Virus record (IMG/VR): IMGVR_UViG_3300015615_000881
Reading direction: 5' to 3' (one strand)
Origin: a virus
Lineage: Duplodnaviria > Heunggongvirae > Uroviricota > Caudoviricetes
Length of the DNA stretch: 64,000 nt
The translations under genes and the position numbers were made by a program. This document shows positions 10,201 through 17,601 of this stretch, piece by piece. The notes below the pieces were generated by a model. The model was not told the origin of the DNA. It was given only the letters and a program-made list of their open reading frames with translations, and searched no databases. Every line of letters starts with the position of its first letter. The first letter of the stretch is position 1.

Positions 10201-10617
10201 TTCCGATCCCGCGCTGCTGGAGAAGATCAGCCGTTGTCTGAGTGCCGCGATCTCGTTGGCCGTGCGGGCATTGTCCGACCGCTTGCCCTGCGCCACGGCG
10301 GTATTCAGGCGCGAGATGGCGGTGCGGATCTCTTTCTCAGCGGCCAGCCCAGCTTCGCGAATGATGGTCGGATCCAACCCGAACATCTTCGCAACGCTGG
10401 TCGTGGATAGGTCCTTGCTGGAAATCCCCGACCGAAATACCTCAGCAGACCGGCCGCGGGACAGGCCGCTGAACATCGCATTGATGTCGCCGATCTCCTT
10501 CTTGATCAGACGCAACGACGCCAGGGTTTTGTCCAACCCAGTGACGTCGCCAGCCTTGCCAACGACGTCCAGCCTTATTGTTTCGCGCAGATCTTCCACA
10601 GCTATTGCAGGCCCCAT
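7213..10617 (-). CDS. tail tape measure protein
   Basis: It is 1134 aa with Gly-rich runs (GSGGGGGGSRRTGSGSGGGGSGGAG) and a TP901-type tape measure core (ATEHLSALMLNFNLRGEDMVKVLGQ...). It sits directly downstream of a G/GT frameshift chaperone pair. Confidence 0.7.
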   Translation of the reverse strand: MGPAIAVEDLRETIRLDVVGKAGDVTGLDKTLASLRLIKKEIGDINAMFSGLSRGRSAEVFRSGISSKDLSTTSVAKMFGLDPTIIREAGLAAEKEIRTAISRLNTAVAQGKRSDNARTANEIAALRQRLIFSSSAGSEFASRESAARFLESFESRQARNYRSIFRRTPTMANDPVGAHTAAVSGQIALVIPASQITATVVGQVPAVGSGGGGGGSRRTGSGSGGGGSGGAGAEARRLRALEEEAFRIARAGIRTGDAPALAAALRRHAGNVRAIPGPEGITQLYSAQADRFLAQSERLRQGSPQVGPRTSEIAFEKARERAMKESEKAFVEQERAAREHQRYFNRSSRQNLAVQKVWDRFSPPPMSIPPPIPPGAGGGGGILGTLMGGQGRLVTRGLTGFTLPGFARNVLTVGGWGAAVGTIGALTGVAGGSARAFVNLEQQTRRLDQVFRGAGGTAKALTDDVLALAAANGRSTEEAMDSAIAWSRLGLNRKQVQDGVRASLMAANVAEIDAGKATEHLSALMLNFNLRGEDMVKVLGQINNTSNKFRVTNKDIFEGLTRTATIAKDAGIPLDVLIPLIGIPSGVSGQAGAQFGNSTKAILSGLQNPVIQESLRSRFGFEVLSGENTLKPGAELLGELSNKYLSLESRGRGELLGLFGRNQANRIATALENYGKVLDQSADNLKNQDSAVVENTKIIGSIKSQWTGLTTEWIRFVNQAGSGGIGNRISTGIGAFSGGFRMMNAFGKVSFGDRLPPTMQAALAVLSRIDLNGNRMFRDLVDSTITETGEFDMSSRLVRFGSRLGLNFGAANDRMRAGRAAEFNQLGREQLSLGMAGGLQTLQGALPGTGGALNALFRRSGYLSALSQYSDPSRFNEQYGMEYSALSRPEVQGAARLADRRSIAARFSELTVAGVGYNEAERLLSRQKAIAEQLLAISQKRTLTDNDRVRQYMLELEGLKGEQAIQERLLQLKNEERQIALDSQKEFQLSLLTSSPSDLLRKMAVSSMSNGMNAGSFFGLSPAARADMEMLTGGQAMRQNRREQNALAPFGMDLETFQRFSENKGGILAAMTDGLMAAGQEFISTLGPAGEAAAAGMDRAAASAHAFADALDRASSSRGSSKPAQANGFTGVPF

Positions 10618-11359
10618 TGAGCCTTCTGCCGCTCAAACGGATTATCCGGCACCTTCTTGTTGTTGGACTCCCCGAGCATTTCCGACTGATAACTTTCACG
10701 CAGCGACTTCTCGAGTTCGTGCGCAATCAAACGGGCCCGGCGATCGGGATGCTCAGCCCTCCATTGACTGAGTGTATAGCCGAAAGCCCGGGCAGTTTCA
10801 AGCTCGATGAATTCAAAGTGGGGCGGAGACAGCTTCTTCCACCCCTTCGACGGCGGTTTTTCGACGGGCTTCCACCCCCTCAACTCTGGGGCGAGGCGGG
10901 TGTTAAGGTAAAATTTACACGGTCCTCGACATTGACCTCCGCAGCGGTGATCTCGGAGAAAATGTGGCCGAGGATCTCTTCGGTAAAATGCGATTGAACG
11001 GCGGCGGTGATCTGCTCCTGGCTGGCCATGGACAAACCCGGGTGCTTGGAGGCAAACCAGGGGCACGCAATATAAAGCGTCAGCGATCGAGCCGACAGGC
11101 TGGCCTTGGCAATTGCTTCCTGATACTGGGGGTCGCTCAGATCCGGCACCTGTTCACCCGGTCTTGGCCCGGCAATCATCTTGGGCCGGACCCTCTGGAC
11201 AATGGCGGTGATCTCCGCGTCTTCCTTGGGAGTCAGCTTCCGGCAGGGCACGGAAACTTCCCGTCCACGGTGAATGAATTTTACGGTGATGTTTTCACCA
11301 CAAATCCTGTCGATGTCATCGAGGGTCGCGGCGGGATAGGATTGCTTTGGTTCTTCCAT
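10602..11359 (-). CDS. tail assembly chaperone GT fusion produced by -1 programmed frameshift
   Basis: The -1 frame opens exactly at the slippery site. It reads ...EDRVKFYLNTRLAPELRGWKPVEKPPSKGW... and continues to position 10602, overlapping the tape measure start. This is the classic siphovirus G/GT arrangement. Confidence 0.5.
10880..11359 (-). CDS. tail assembly chaperone (gpG-like)
   Basis: A 159-aa ORF immediately upstream of the tape measure gene. It ends ...EDRVNFTLTPASPQS and contains an A_AAT_TTT slippery heptamer 10 codons before its stop. Confidence 0.55.
   Translation of the reverse strand: MEEPKQSYPAATLDDIDRICGENITVKFIHRGREVSVPCRKLTPKEDAEITAIVQRVRPKMIAGPRPGEQVPDLSDPQYQEAIAKASLSARSLTLYIACPWFASKHPGLSMASQEQITAAVQSHFTEEILGHIFSEITAAEVNVEDRVNFTLTPASPQS
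10910..10916 (-). promoter_or_regulatory. -1 ribosomal frameshift slippery heptamer A_AAT_TTT
   Basis: On the minus strand the sequence GTA AAT TTT ACC has the canonical X_XXY_YYZ form. The -1 frame continues as KFYLN..., matching ORF 10602-11066. Confidence 0.5.
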
Positions 11360-11360
11360 A

Positions 11361-11603
11361 CTAGGTCATTGCGGGTTTATCGACGCTGACTTTCTGGGGT
11401 TGCAGGGGACGATTGAAGGTCAAGACCTCGTGCCAGAGTTTCCCGGTGAAGAGAAGTTTCAGCCGGGCAGCGACAGGCACGCTCCAGCAAATCACAATGG
11501 TGCCGTTTGGATCATCCGGAACACGATACGCCGGCAACGGGAAGTACTCTGGCTGGTCCTTGGCGTACGTGGTGTTCTGCTCCGGAAACTGGATGGGATT
11601 CAT
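11361..11603 (-). CDS. hypothetical small protein between the tail tube and chaperone genes
   Basis: The ATG at 11602-11604 overlaps the TGA of the upstream gene (ATGA). The product is an 80-aa Pro-rich protein starting MNPIQFPEQ... Confidence 0.3.
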   Translation of the reverse strand: MNPIQFPEQNTTYAKDQPEYFPLPAYRVPDDPNGTIVICWSVPVAARLKLLFTGKLWHEVLTFNRPLQPQKVSVDKPAMT

Positions 11604-12124
11604 ACTTTGATTTGATAGATTAGCTGACCGCTGGCGCTGACAAACTGCTGATTCCAATCGGTGCCGGGAACGATTGACGGCTTCCGGGCGCGGAGATGTT
11701 GGATGCCGGCGCGGGCCAGGTCCACGGCGCAGGATGGATTGGTCAGGATCGCCTTCAGCAATTCAGCCGTCCGTTGCACCAGGGAACGGCCGTCGCCGGC
11801 GTCCACAGGTTTCCCCTTAATCCAGAAGTTCCATACCACGTCGGAGCGGGCCATTCTTCCGCCGTCGTGTTCCCACGTGCGCTCGCGGCCCGGCTGGCAC
11901 ACCACCCGGATCTCAACGCGGGCTTCGTTTGCAGTGCCCGTGTCCATCGGCTGCTTGATCGGACCCTGATCGAATACGATCAGGGCCTTGGGAAATACCA
12001 CCGCCGGGTTGGTCCCAACAACATGCGAGGCGCCGTCGAACCAGAACGACAGATACTCGTGCCAGAGTTTTTTGCTGGCACTCTCGATTGTCAGTTCACT
12101 GATGGGATTGGATGAGAGGGGCAT
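11600..12124 (-). CDS. putative major tail (tube) protein
   Basis: A 174-aa ORF in the canonical position upstream of G/GT and the tape measure gene. The call rests on synteny only. Confidence 0.4.
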   Translation of the reverse strand: MPLSSNPISELTIESASKKLWHEYLSFWFDGASHVVGTNPAVVFPKALIVFDQGPIKQPMDTGTANEARVEIRVVCQPGRERTWEHDGGRMARSDVVWNFWIKGKPVDAGDGRSLVQRTAELLKAILTNPSCAVDLARAGIQHLRARKPSIVPGTDWNQQFVSASGQLIYQIKV

Positions 12125-12861
12125 CAGATCAGGGATTCACCGGTTTCACGCCACAGCTTTCGAATCTCCTGCTTTACCAACTGGGGCAATTGATTCAGAA
12201 CCATCTGGCGCCAGGCGTTGAGGATTGTGATTAGCCATTGACCGGCCGTCTCGGTGTCGAGGGCAGCCGTGGAGGGCTCCTGCTCCTGCAACCACGCCTG
12301 GATGGCGGCGGCCAGGCCGGCGCGATTGGCAGCCTCGGCATCGATCTTGGGATCAAATAGCAGCATCCGGATCCGGCGCGACAGGTCGCGGTAGAACTGT
12401 TCCGGATCCGCGGCGGTGGCGAGCTCGGCCTGCTCTTCGAGACTCAGCTCCTTCTCCTGGCGGACCCAGTCCTCGATGGCCTTGTCCACCTCGGCGAACA
12501 GGACCTCTTCGTCTTCACTCGGCTGATTCTGTTTGCCCTTGTGAGATTGGATTGCTGCCATGGCCGTGACCGCGGACTGCACCGTTCCACTCAGGCGCAC
12601 GTCGTTCTGGGGCGGGGTGAGGAGCAGGCTGAAACCGCTGATCCCGAAGATCTGCGACCGGATCCCGGCGATGAAGATGGGGATCAACCGTCTCTTGACC
12701 GGGTCCGTCTCCAGACTTTCCAGCGCAAGCCGCGCCGCATTGTAGGCGGGCAGGCGCCATCGCTTCGGGTCCATCGACCGGAGCATGACCGCCGGGAGTC
12801 CGGCACGGAATCGCTCCAGTCTCCGGATGACGCCGTCGAGGTTCGTGTCGATGGCGATCAT
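12124..12861 (-). CDS. hypothetical head-tail joining / tail completion protein
   Basis: A 245-aa ORF coupled by stop-start overlap to the tail tube gene. It has no motif. Confidence 0.3.
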   Translation of the reverse strand: MIAIDTNLDGVIRRLERFRAGLPAVMLRSMDPKRWRLPAYNAARLALESLETDPVKRRLIPIFIAGIRSQIFGISGFSLLLTPPQNDVRLSGTVQSAVTAMAAIQSHKGKQNQPSEDEEVLFAEVDKAIEDWVRQEKELSLEEQAELATAADPEQFYRDLSRRIRMLLFDPKIDAEAANRAGLAAAIQAWLQEQEPSTAALDTETAGQWLITILNAWRQMVLNQLPQLVKQEIRKLWRETGESLI

Positions 12862-13265
12862 GTCACCTTCTCGAGCAGGACCGTGCGATAGAGCCGTTGA
12901 TTGCGCTGCACCACATCCCAGGCTTTGGCCAGTTTCTGGCTGACCTTTTTCTGCTCGTATTGCTGGCCGTCGATGGTGAATCGAAGCGCTTCCTTGCCGT
13001 CCAGCGGGGCGTCGTAGGCGAAGTCAACAATCAGATCCCCCACTTCAATTTCCGCGTACTGACGAACCGCGCTGACGGAACCGGCGGAGTGAACGAAAGC
13101 CTTGATCGTCAGAGTTTGATCGGTGGCAACCGCGCCAACGTGTTGCTGGGTTACCGGATCAAGGGTGCCGCCGACGTAGCTCTTCCATGTCAGGATGACG
13201 GAGGTCCCGTCCTTCGACAGGTTCAGTTTTACCCGCCGCTTGATCGATGGGAGATTCGACTGCAT
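12858..13265 (-). CDS. hypothetical head-tail connector-like protein
   Basis: The ORF-track N-terminus (MCRGFDSRP...) is a translated tRNA and was trimmed. The probable start is MQSNLPSIK at 13265. Confidence 0.35.
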   Translation of the reverse strand: MQSNLPSIKRRVKLNLSKDGTSVILTWKSYVGGTLDPVTQQHVGAVATDQTLTIKAFVHSAGSVSAVRQYAEIEVGDLIVDFAYDAPLDGKEALRFTIDGQQYEQKKVSQKLAKAWDVVQRNQRLYRTVLLEKVT

Positions 13266-13756
13266 TCGGCCTCGTACAGGTTGGCGAAACGGCGGGCCCG
13301 GTCGAGAATGGGCGCAGGGGCGGGAATCGAACCCGCGACACACAGTTTATGAGGCTGCGGAACTACCACTGTTCTACCCTGCATCAGATACTTGGGAGCA
13401 TTCCACAGAACGTAGAGTTCCCGGGCGCACGGCGGCCGGCCGTGCCGCCTGCTGAATCCAGCGATGCGCTCCACCAGAATCGCCCGCGCCTCCGGCCATT
13501 CCGGCCGGCGCGACCGCGTCAACCTGGGGTGGATCTGGAACCGGCCACGTTCGCCGGCGGCACCGATGAGACGCGGGTTGTCGCCGGTCTCGATTTGAGC
13601 CAGGGCGTGACGCAAGGCGGACTCGAAAGGCAGGCGGCCACGGTGGGAGCAGACAACCCGAGGGTGACCCAAAAACATTCCCTCGCTACAAGGATGAGCC
13701 GCCAGTTGCGGCGCGAAGCCGCAGAGCAAAAGCATGAAAACGAGTGCCCAACGCAT
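13229..13756 (-). CDS. secreted SLT-domain lytic transglycosylase
   Basis: Signal peptide MRWALVFMLLLCGFAPQLAAHP. Family-1 SLT active-site motif QIETGDNPRLIGAAGERGRFQIHP (compare ESxFNPxAxSxxGAxGLMQI). The last ~50 codons run through the tRNA, so the true C-terminus is uncertain. Confidence 0.5.
   Translation of the reverse strand: MRWALVFMLLLCGFAPQLAAHPCSEGMFLGHPRVVCSHRGRLPFESALRHALAQIETGDNPRLIGAAGERGRFQIHPRLTRSRRPEWPEARAILVERIAGFSRRHGRPPCARELYVLWNAPKYLMQGRTVVVPQPHKLCVAGSIPAPAPILDRARRFANLYEAECSRISHRSSGG
13309..13383 (-). tRNA. tRNA with CAT anticodon (Met, fMet or Ile2-lysidine type)
   Basis: A 75-nt cloverleaf on the minus strand. The acceptor stem is TGCAGGG/CCCTGCG with a U1-G72 wobble. 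The D-arm is GAAC-AGTGGTA-GTTC. The anticodon loop is CTCATAA (CAT). The T-arm is GCGGG-TTCGATT-CCCGC. The discriminator is C and the CCA is encoded. The anticodon stem has one C-A mismatch. Confidence 0.65.
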
Positions 13757-13801
13757 TGGTGCGCAGAATCTGTTTATTCTGTGGACTTGTCAACCCGAAT
13801 G

Positions 13802-14578
13802 TCACAGCGCGAGGGGCTCCTCGAACCCCACCGCCGTGAGACCCTCCACGCCGAGGGTCGCCTTCAGAGTCCCGACCGAGAATTCAAACCGGGCGGGCGA
13901 GGCCTCCGGGGTTGCCTCGATCAGGGCGGGTGTGTAGATCCTCCCGCCGGTCATAACGCAGCCCAGGCGGAGGCTGCCACGCCAGAACTCCAGGCGGGGC
14001 GTAAACAGGCGGTCCACCTCGAGAAACTCATCAGCCGTCACCCCCTGGGATCGGATCGTGGCACAGGGCGCGCCGTGGATGGAGATGTTGATTCCGCTCG
14101 GAACCGGGAGAATTGCGCCACGGTTGTCCAGTGAAGCCACCGCGGTGAACACCCCGGAGACGTAGTTGTAGAGCCTGACGTCCTCGATCCCGTCAACCCA
14201 TCGAACCGTCAGAGGCAGGTCCGGCGCGAGACCCGTCACCAGGTTGGGATCAGCCGTCTCCAGAACGATGGCGGCATTCGTCGCCGCATCTGCCTCGACG
14301 CCGGCGAAAGCGCGCACCAGCCAGCGGATCTGGTGGCCGACCGGCACGGTGCGGTTGATCTGGATGGACTGCCGGATCTCGCCGGTGCCCGGTGAAATCT
14401 GAAACTCTTCACCCGTCAGGACCCCGTTGACCTCCAGCGCAATGAAAACGAATCCCGCCACGGGCCGGGTCAGCACGATCGAGGCCGACGTGATCGAGCG
14501 CGGCGCTGTCCAGTGGTAGTGACCCATGAAGTATTCACCCGTGACGAGCGCGGCCGTATGCTTGAAGATGGATTTCAC
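13802..14578 (-). CDS. structural protein carrying the repeated EVNGVLTG beta-domain (one copy)
   Basis: A probable GTG start at 14578 overlaps the upstream TGA (GTGA). It contains GEYFMGHYHW...IALEVNGVLTGEEFQISPG...GHQIRWLV. Confidence 0.4.
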   Translation of the reverse strand: MKSIFKHTAALVTGEYFMGHYHWTAPRSITSASIVLTRPVAGFVFIALEVNGVLTGEEFQISPGTGEIRQSIQINRTVPVGHQIRWLVRAFAGVEADAATNAAIVLETADPNLVTGLAPDLPLTVRWVDGIEDVRLYNYVSGVFTAVASLDNRGAILPVPSGINISIHGAPCATIRSQGVTADEFLEVDRLFTPRLEFWRGSLRLGCVMTGGRIYTPALIEATPEASPARFEFSVGTLKATLGVEGLTAVGFEEPLAL

Positions 14579-15768
14579 GCCAGCCTCACCTTCATGTTGA
14601 CGCTGACCTCGGTCGGGCAGTTCAAAGGCGAAGCCGGTCCACTGACGGATTTCCACCGGACCTGGTCACCCACATTCAGCGAGCGATTCAGGTTGTCGAG
14701 TGGAACCCGGGACTGGCCGGCGGGAATGGTGACGTCCAGGCTGGCGTCAGGTACCCCGTTGATCACCGGCCGCAGCACGGAGAATCCACCGACCGGGGGA
14801 TTGCAGTTCACCACGACACTGATGATCTTCGACGACTTGCTGGCATTGTATTCCCCGAGGCAAAAGGCCCCGGTCGTCAAAGCGCCCACGCTGGTAAACA
14901 GGATGTCCGCATCCATGTCCCCGTAGAGCGCGCCAATCACCCCCGTCCCCGTCGGGCGGATCCGCATGATGGTGCTGGCGATCCAGGCCGCGTCCGTGAT
15001 CGAGGCCGGTGCCGACGTGCATTTCCAGCGCACCTGGCTGTTGGCGGGAATGGTGATCCCGGGCGAAATACTGGCGGACACTTCCTGGTTGAGCGTGCCC
15101 ACCGGAATCTGGATCGTGGTGGACGTCAGGACCCCGTTGACTTCGAGCGTCAGGGTGCACGGGCTGGTCTGGGGAGCGTAGGAGATGACCTTGACGGATT
15201 CCAGCGCCACCTCGTCGGCCCACAGGTAGTGACCCTGAAAGTAATCGCCCAGAGCGATCGGGCCATCGTGAAAAAACGGGACGTTCTGCTCGGCGCTCGC
15301 GGCAACGATTGGGGAATAGATCCCGGTGCCCGACCGCTGGGTGTAGTACTGCGCTCGAAACGACTGGCCGGCGCCGTATTCCATGATCCCGTTGCTGTTG
15401 AGAGTCCAATTGCGCGCCGTGACACCGTAGTAGGTGCGTTTGTGCCAGCGATTCTTCTGCTCGTCGTTCCAGACGATCTCGAAAACGAAACGCTGGTTCG
15501 GCCGCGGCTGGTAGTCCTCCATGGCCGGAAGTGGCAGAACCCACACCCTGGCGATGTCAATCCCGTGCCGCTCATCGACATGGTAGGCGGTCTTGTATTC
15601 GTCGCCGGTTCCGGCCATCAAAACTTCTTCGAAGTCGAACCCGATCTGCATCTGCTCAATGCAGGCGCCAATCCAGACCGGTTCGGCGATGATCGCGGCG
15701 CCGGTCGGGTCCGACGGATACAGGGAAACCGTCGCTTCGTGCAGGACGAATAGCTGGTTCTGTCCCAT
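14575..15768 (-). CDS. structural protein with two copies of the EVNGVLTG beta-domain
   Basis: Copy 1 is GHYLWADE...LEVNGVLTSTTIQIPVG...SQVRWKCTSAP. Copy 2 is GEYNASKS...PVINGVPDASLDVTIPAG...DQVRWKSVSGP. Confidence 0.45.
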   Translation of the reverse strand: MGQNQLFVLHEATVSLYPSDPTGAAIIAEPVWIGACIEQMQIGFDFEEVLMAGTGDEYKTAYHVDERHGIDIARVWVLPLPAMEDYQPRPNQRFVFEIVWNDEQKNRWHKRTYYGVTARNWTLNSNGIMEYGAGQSFRAQYYTQRSGTGIYSPIVAASAEQNVPFFHDGPIALGDYFQGHYLWADEVALESVKVISYAPQTSPCTLTLEVNGVLTSTTIQIPVGTLNQEVSASISPGITIPANSQVRWKCTSAPASITDAAWIASTIMRIRPTGTGVIGALYGDMDADILFTSVGALTTGAFCLGEYNASKSSKIISVVVNCNPPVGGFSVLRPVINGVPDASLDVTIPAGQSRVPLDNLNRSLNVGDQVRWKSVSGPASPLNCPTEVSVNMKVRLA

Positions 15769-15771
15769 GGG

Positions 15772-16680
15772 TTACCGGGCGATGACGGTGAGATTGAGAC
15801 TGACTTCACTGATCGAGTTTTCCGGGGTGACCGGGGCGGCAGTGCAACGCCAGCGGAGGCTGTCGCCCGCGGCCAGGTTCTTCTGATAGGTCGCCTCGGC
15901 GTGGACGGCGCTCGCGGCAATGGTGATGGTATCCTCGATCGCCAGGTTTCCATTGACCTCGGGCACAATCGTGACGGGGCCGGTGCCGGCGGCGCAGTTG
16001 AGCACGGCCTTGACGTACTGCACTGGCCGGGTCGCCTTGTATTCGCCGAGCAGGTAAGCCCCGGAGAGCAGTGCCCCGACGTGGGTGAACAGAATGTTTT
16101 GGTCCATGTCGCCTCCATTGGATGAACTACTGGCGCCGCCTTCGGATACCGTGAGTGTTTGCCAAGAACCGTCCACCTTGACCTCCGTCATCAGGGCCGG
16201 CAGGCACAGACCGTGCAGCCCCTCAAACCAGCCGGTGAAGTGTTGCCAGCCGCTGAACATGGCCTCTCCGTTCTCGAGGCGGTGAATCACGTCCTCCAGA
16301 TGATTCATGAAGTCGCGATAGGACCCGAAGGTCTCGCTCATCGCGCGCGTCTTGTAACCCTGGAACGAGGGGTTGGGCGCGATGAACATCACGGCGACTC
16401 TGTAAACCAGAAGAGCGAAGGCGTTGGGATCCGTCAGGTCGGGAGTGATGTTCAGGCGGTTGGGGGTCAGGGTGTAACCCTTGGCGAAGTTCATCCGCAC
16501 GGCCGTCCGCACGGCGCCTTCAATGGCGCTGTTGGCGTACAGGGGAATCTCCGGGTCGCGATCGCCGAGCACGGCGCGAATCGGTTCCTGCAGTTCAGTG
16601 ATCGGCGTCATGGCGCATTCCTTAGCTTCAACAGAAAAGGCGGACGCACTCGCATGCGTCCGCCCCCTCAATACCCGCAC
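15772..16680 (-). CDS. structural protein with a C-terminal EVNGVLTG-type beta-domain
   Basis: GEYKATRPVQYVKAVLNCAAGTGPVTIVPEVNGNLAIEDTITIAA...DSLRWRCTAAPV. It is coupled to the upstream gene. Confidence 0.4.
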   Translation of the reverse strand: MRVLRGRTHASASAFSVEAKECAMTPITELQEPIRAVLGDRDPEIPLYANSAIEGAVRTAVRMNFAKGYTLTPNRLNITPDLTDPNAFALLVYRVAVMFIAPNPSFQGYKTRAMSETFGSYRDFMNHLEDVIHRLENGEAMFSGWQHFTGWFEGLHGLCLPALMTEVKVDGSWQTLTVSEGGASSSSNGGDMDQNILFTHVGALLSGAYLLGEYKATRPVQYVKAVLNCAAGTGPVTIVPEVNGNLAIEDTITIAASAVHAEATYQKNLAAGDSLRWRCTAAPVTPENSISEVSLNLTVIAR

Positions 16681-16683
16681 CTC

Positions 16684-17529
16684 CTACATCGCCGTCAGGT
16701 AGGCGACATCTTCAAAGACTCCGCTGGCATCGAACATGGCCTCCCCCTCCCCGTCAGGAAGCGTGGGCTGGACGCGGACATTCATCTCGAGAAAGTAGAT
16801 GTTGTCCGTATGGATCTTGCCTTCCTTCACCACCTTCACGAGCCCGGTGCAGGGAATGCCGTCGAACTTGATGATTCCGTCGCCGAACCCGAATTGCTTG
16901 ACACCAATGGACAGGTCAGGCCGTTCACTTCTCCCGGGCTTGGTGAACGCGGAGGCGTCCATGCCGCAGGCAATCGCAACCGGGATGCTGGCCTTGGTGT
17001 TGAAGCGCATGTCGGTCGCGCACCCCACCTGGGTGAACGTCGAGAGGGCCGGCATGGCGAACAACGTCACCTTGCAGCCCTTGGCGGCGGCTTCCGCCGT
17101 GGTCGCCACGATGCTGGTGATGTTCTTGAACTTCTTGTTGGCGCCCTGCACCACATCCACCGCGTACCCGACCTGGAACACCTTGGTCTGATCCTTGGCA
17201 TACGGAGGCGGTTTGAAGGTGACCGTCGCCGAAATCGGGGCGGCGGTCGAATCCAGTCCGTTCACCGTCAGGACGACGTTGCTGGCGCCACCGTTCAGAC
17301 CCGTGCGGGTTTCGACCACCGCAATGAGGTCGTTTCCGCTGGTCTGGTCGGGGGCATTGACCGGGTCCGGATTCCAGATGCCGGAGTTGGTGCCCATGAA
17401 CTGAAACTGGCCAATCTCAATGGCGTGCTCACGGGAGAGAAAGACGGCCTTCTCACCGCCCAGCGTCGGCTTCTGAGCCAGCACGTAGTCTTGGGAGTTC
17501 AGGTCCAGTGGTGCGTAGATTCCGGACAT
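16684..17529 (-). CDS. hypothetical virion structural protein
   Basis: A 281-aa ORF with an AAGGAGA ribosome-binding site 7 nt upstream, preceded by the conserved palindromic element and a hairpin. It has no motif. Confidence 0.35.
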   Translation of the reverse strand: MSGIYAPLDLNSQDYVLAQKPTLGGEKAVFLSREHAIEIGQFQFMGTNSGIWNPDPVNAPDQTSGNDLIAVVETRTGLNGGASNVVLTVNGLDSTAAPISATVTFKPPPYAKDQTKVFQVGYAVDVVQGANKKFKNITSIVATTAEAAAKGCKVTLFAMPALSTFTQVGCATDMRFNTKASIPVAIACGMDASAFTKPGRSERPDLSIGVKQFGFGDGIIKFDGIPCTGLVKVVKEGKIHTDNIYFLEMNVRVQPTLPDGEGEAMFDASGVFEDVAYLTAM

Positions 17530-17578
17530 ATCGTCTCCTTGTGATCGATCCGGACCGGTGTCAACCGGCCCGGATCTT

Positions 17579-17601
17579 GGTCAATTGATTCGGTGGACTA
17601 C
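17579..17601. promoter_or_regulatory. conserved element copy (GTAGTCCACCGAATCAATTGACC on the coding strand) plus downstream hairpin and TTGACA
   Basis: It lies between the capsid gene and the next structural gene. A GATCCGG...CCGGATC hairpin and an AAGGAGA ribosome-binding site follow. Confidence 0.45.

Noticed and set aside
8338-10410. 690-aa plus-strand ORF
   Set aside because: It is antisense to the tape measure gene. Its composition is low-complexity Arg/Gly/Ala-rich, typical of a GC-rich shadow ORF. It has no ribosome-binding site or motif.
13266-13343. N-terminal extension MCRGFDSRPCAHSRPGPP of ORF 12858-13343
   Set aside because: It is a translation of the tRNA T-arm and acceptor region (GFDSRP is the typical tRNA shadow peptide). 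The gene more likely starts at MQSNLPSIK.
16159-17544. 461-aa plus-strand ORF
   Set aside because: It is antisense to two well-formed minus-strand structural genes. It is Arg/Gly-rich with no motifs.
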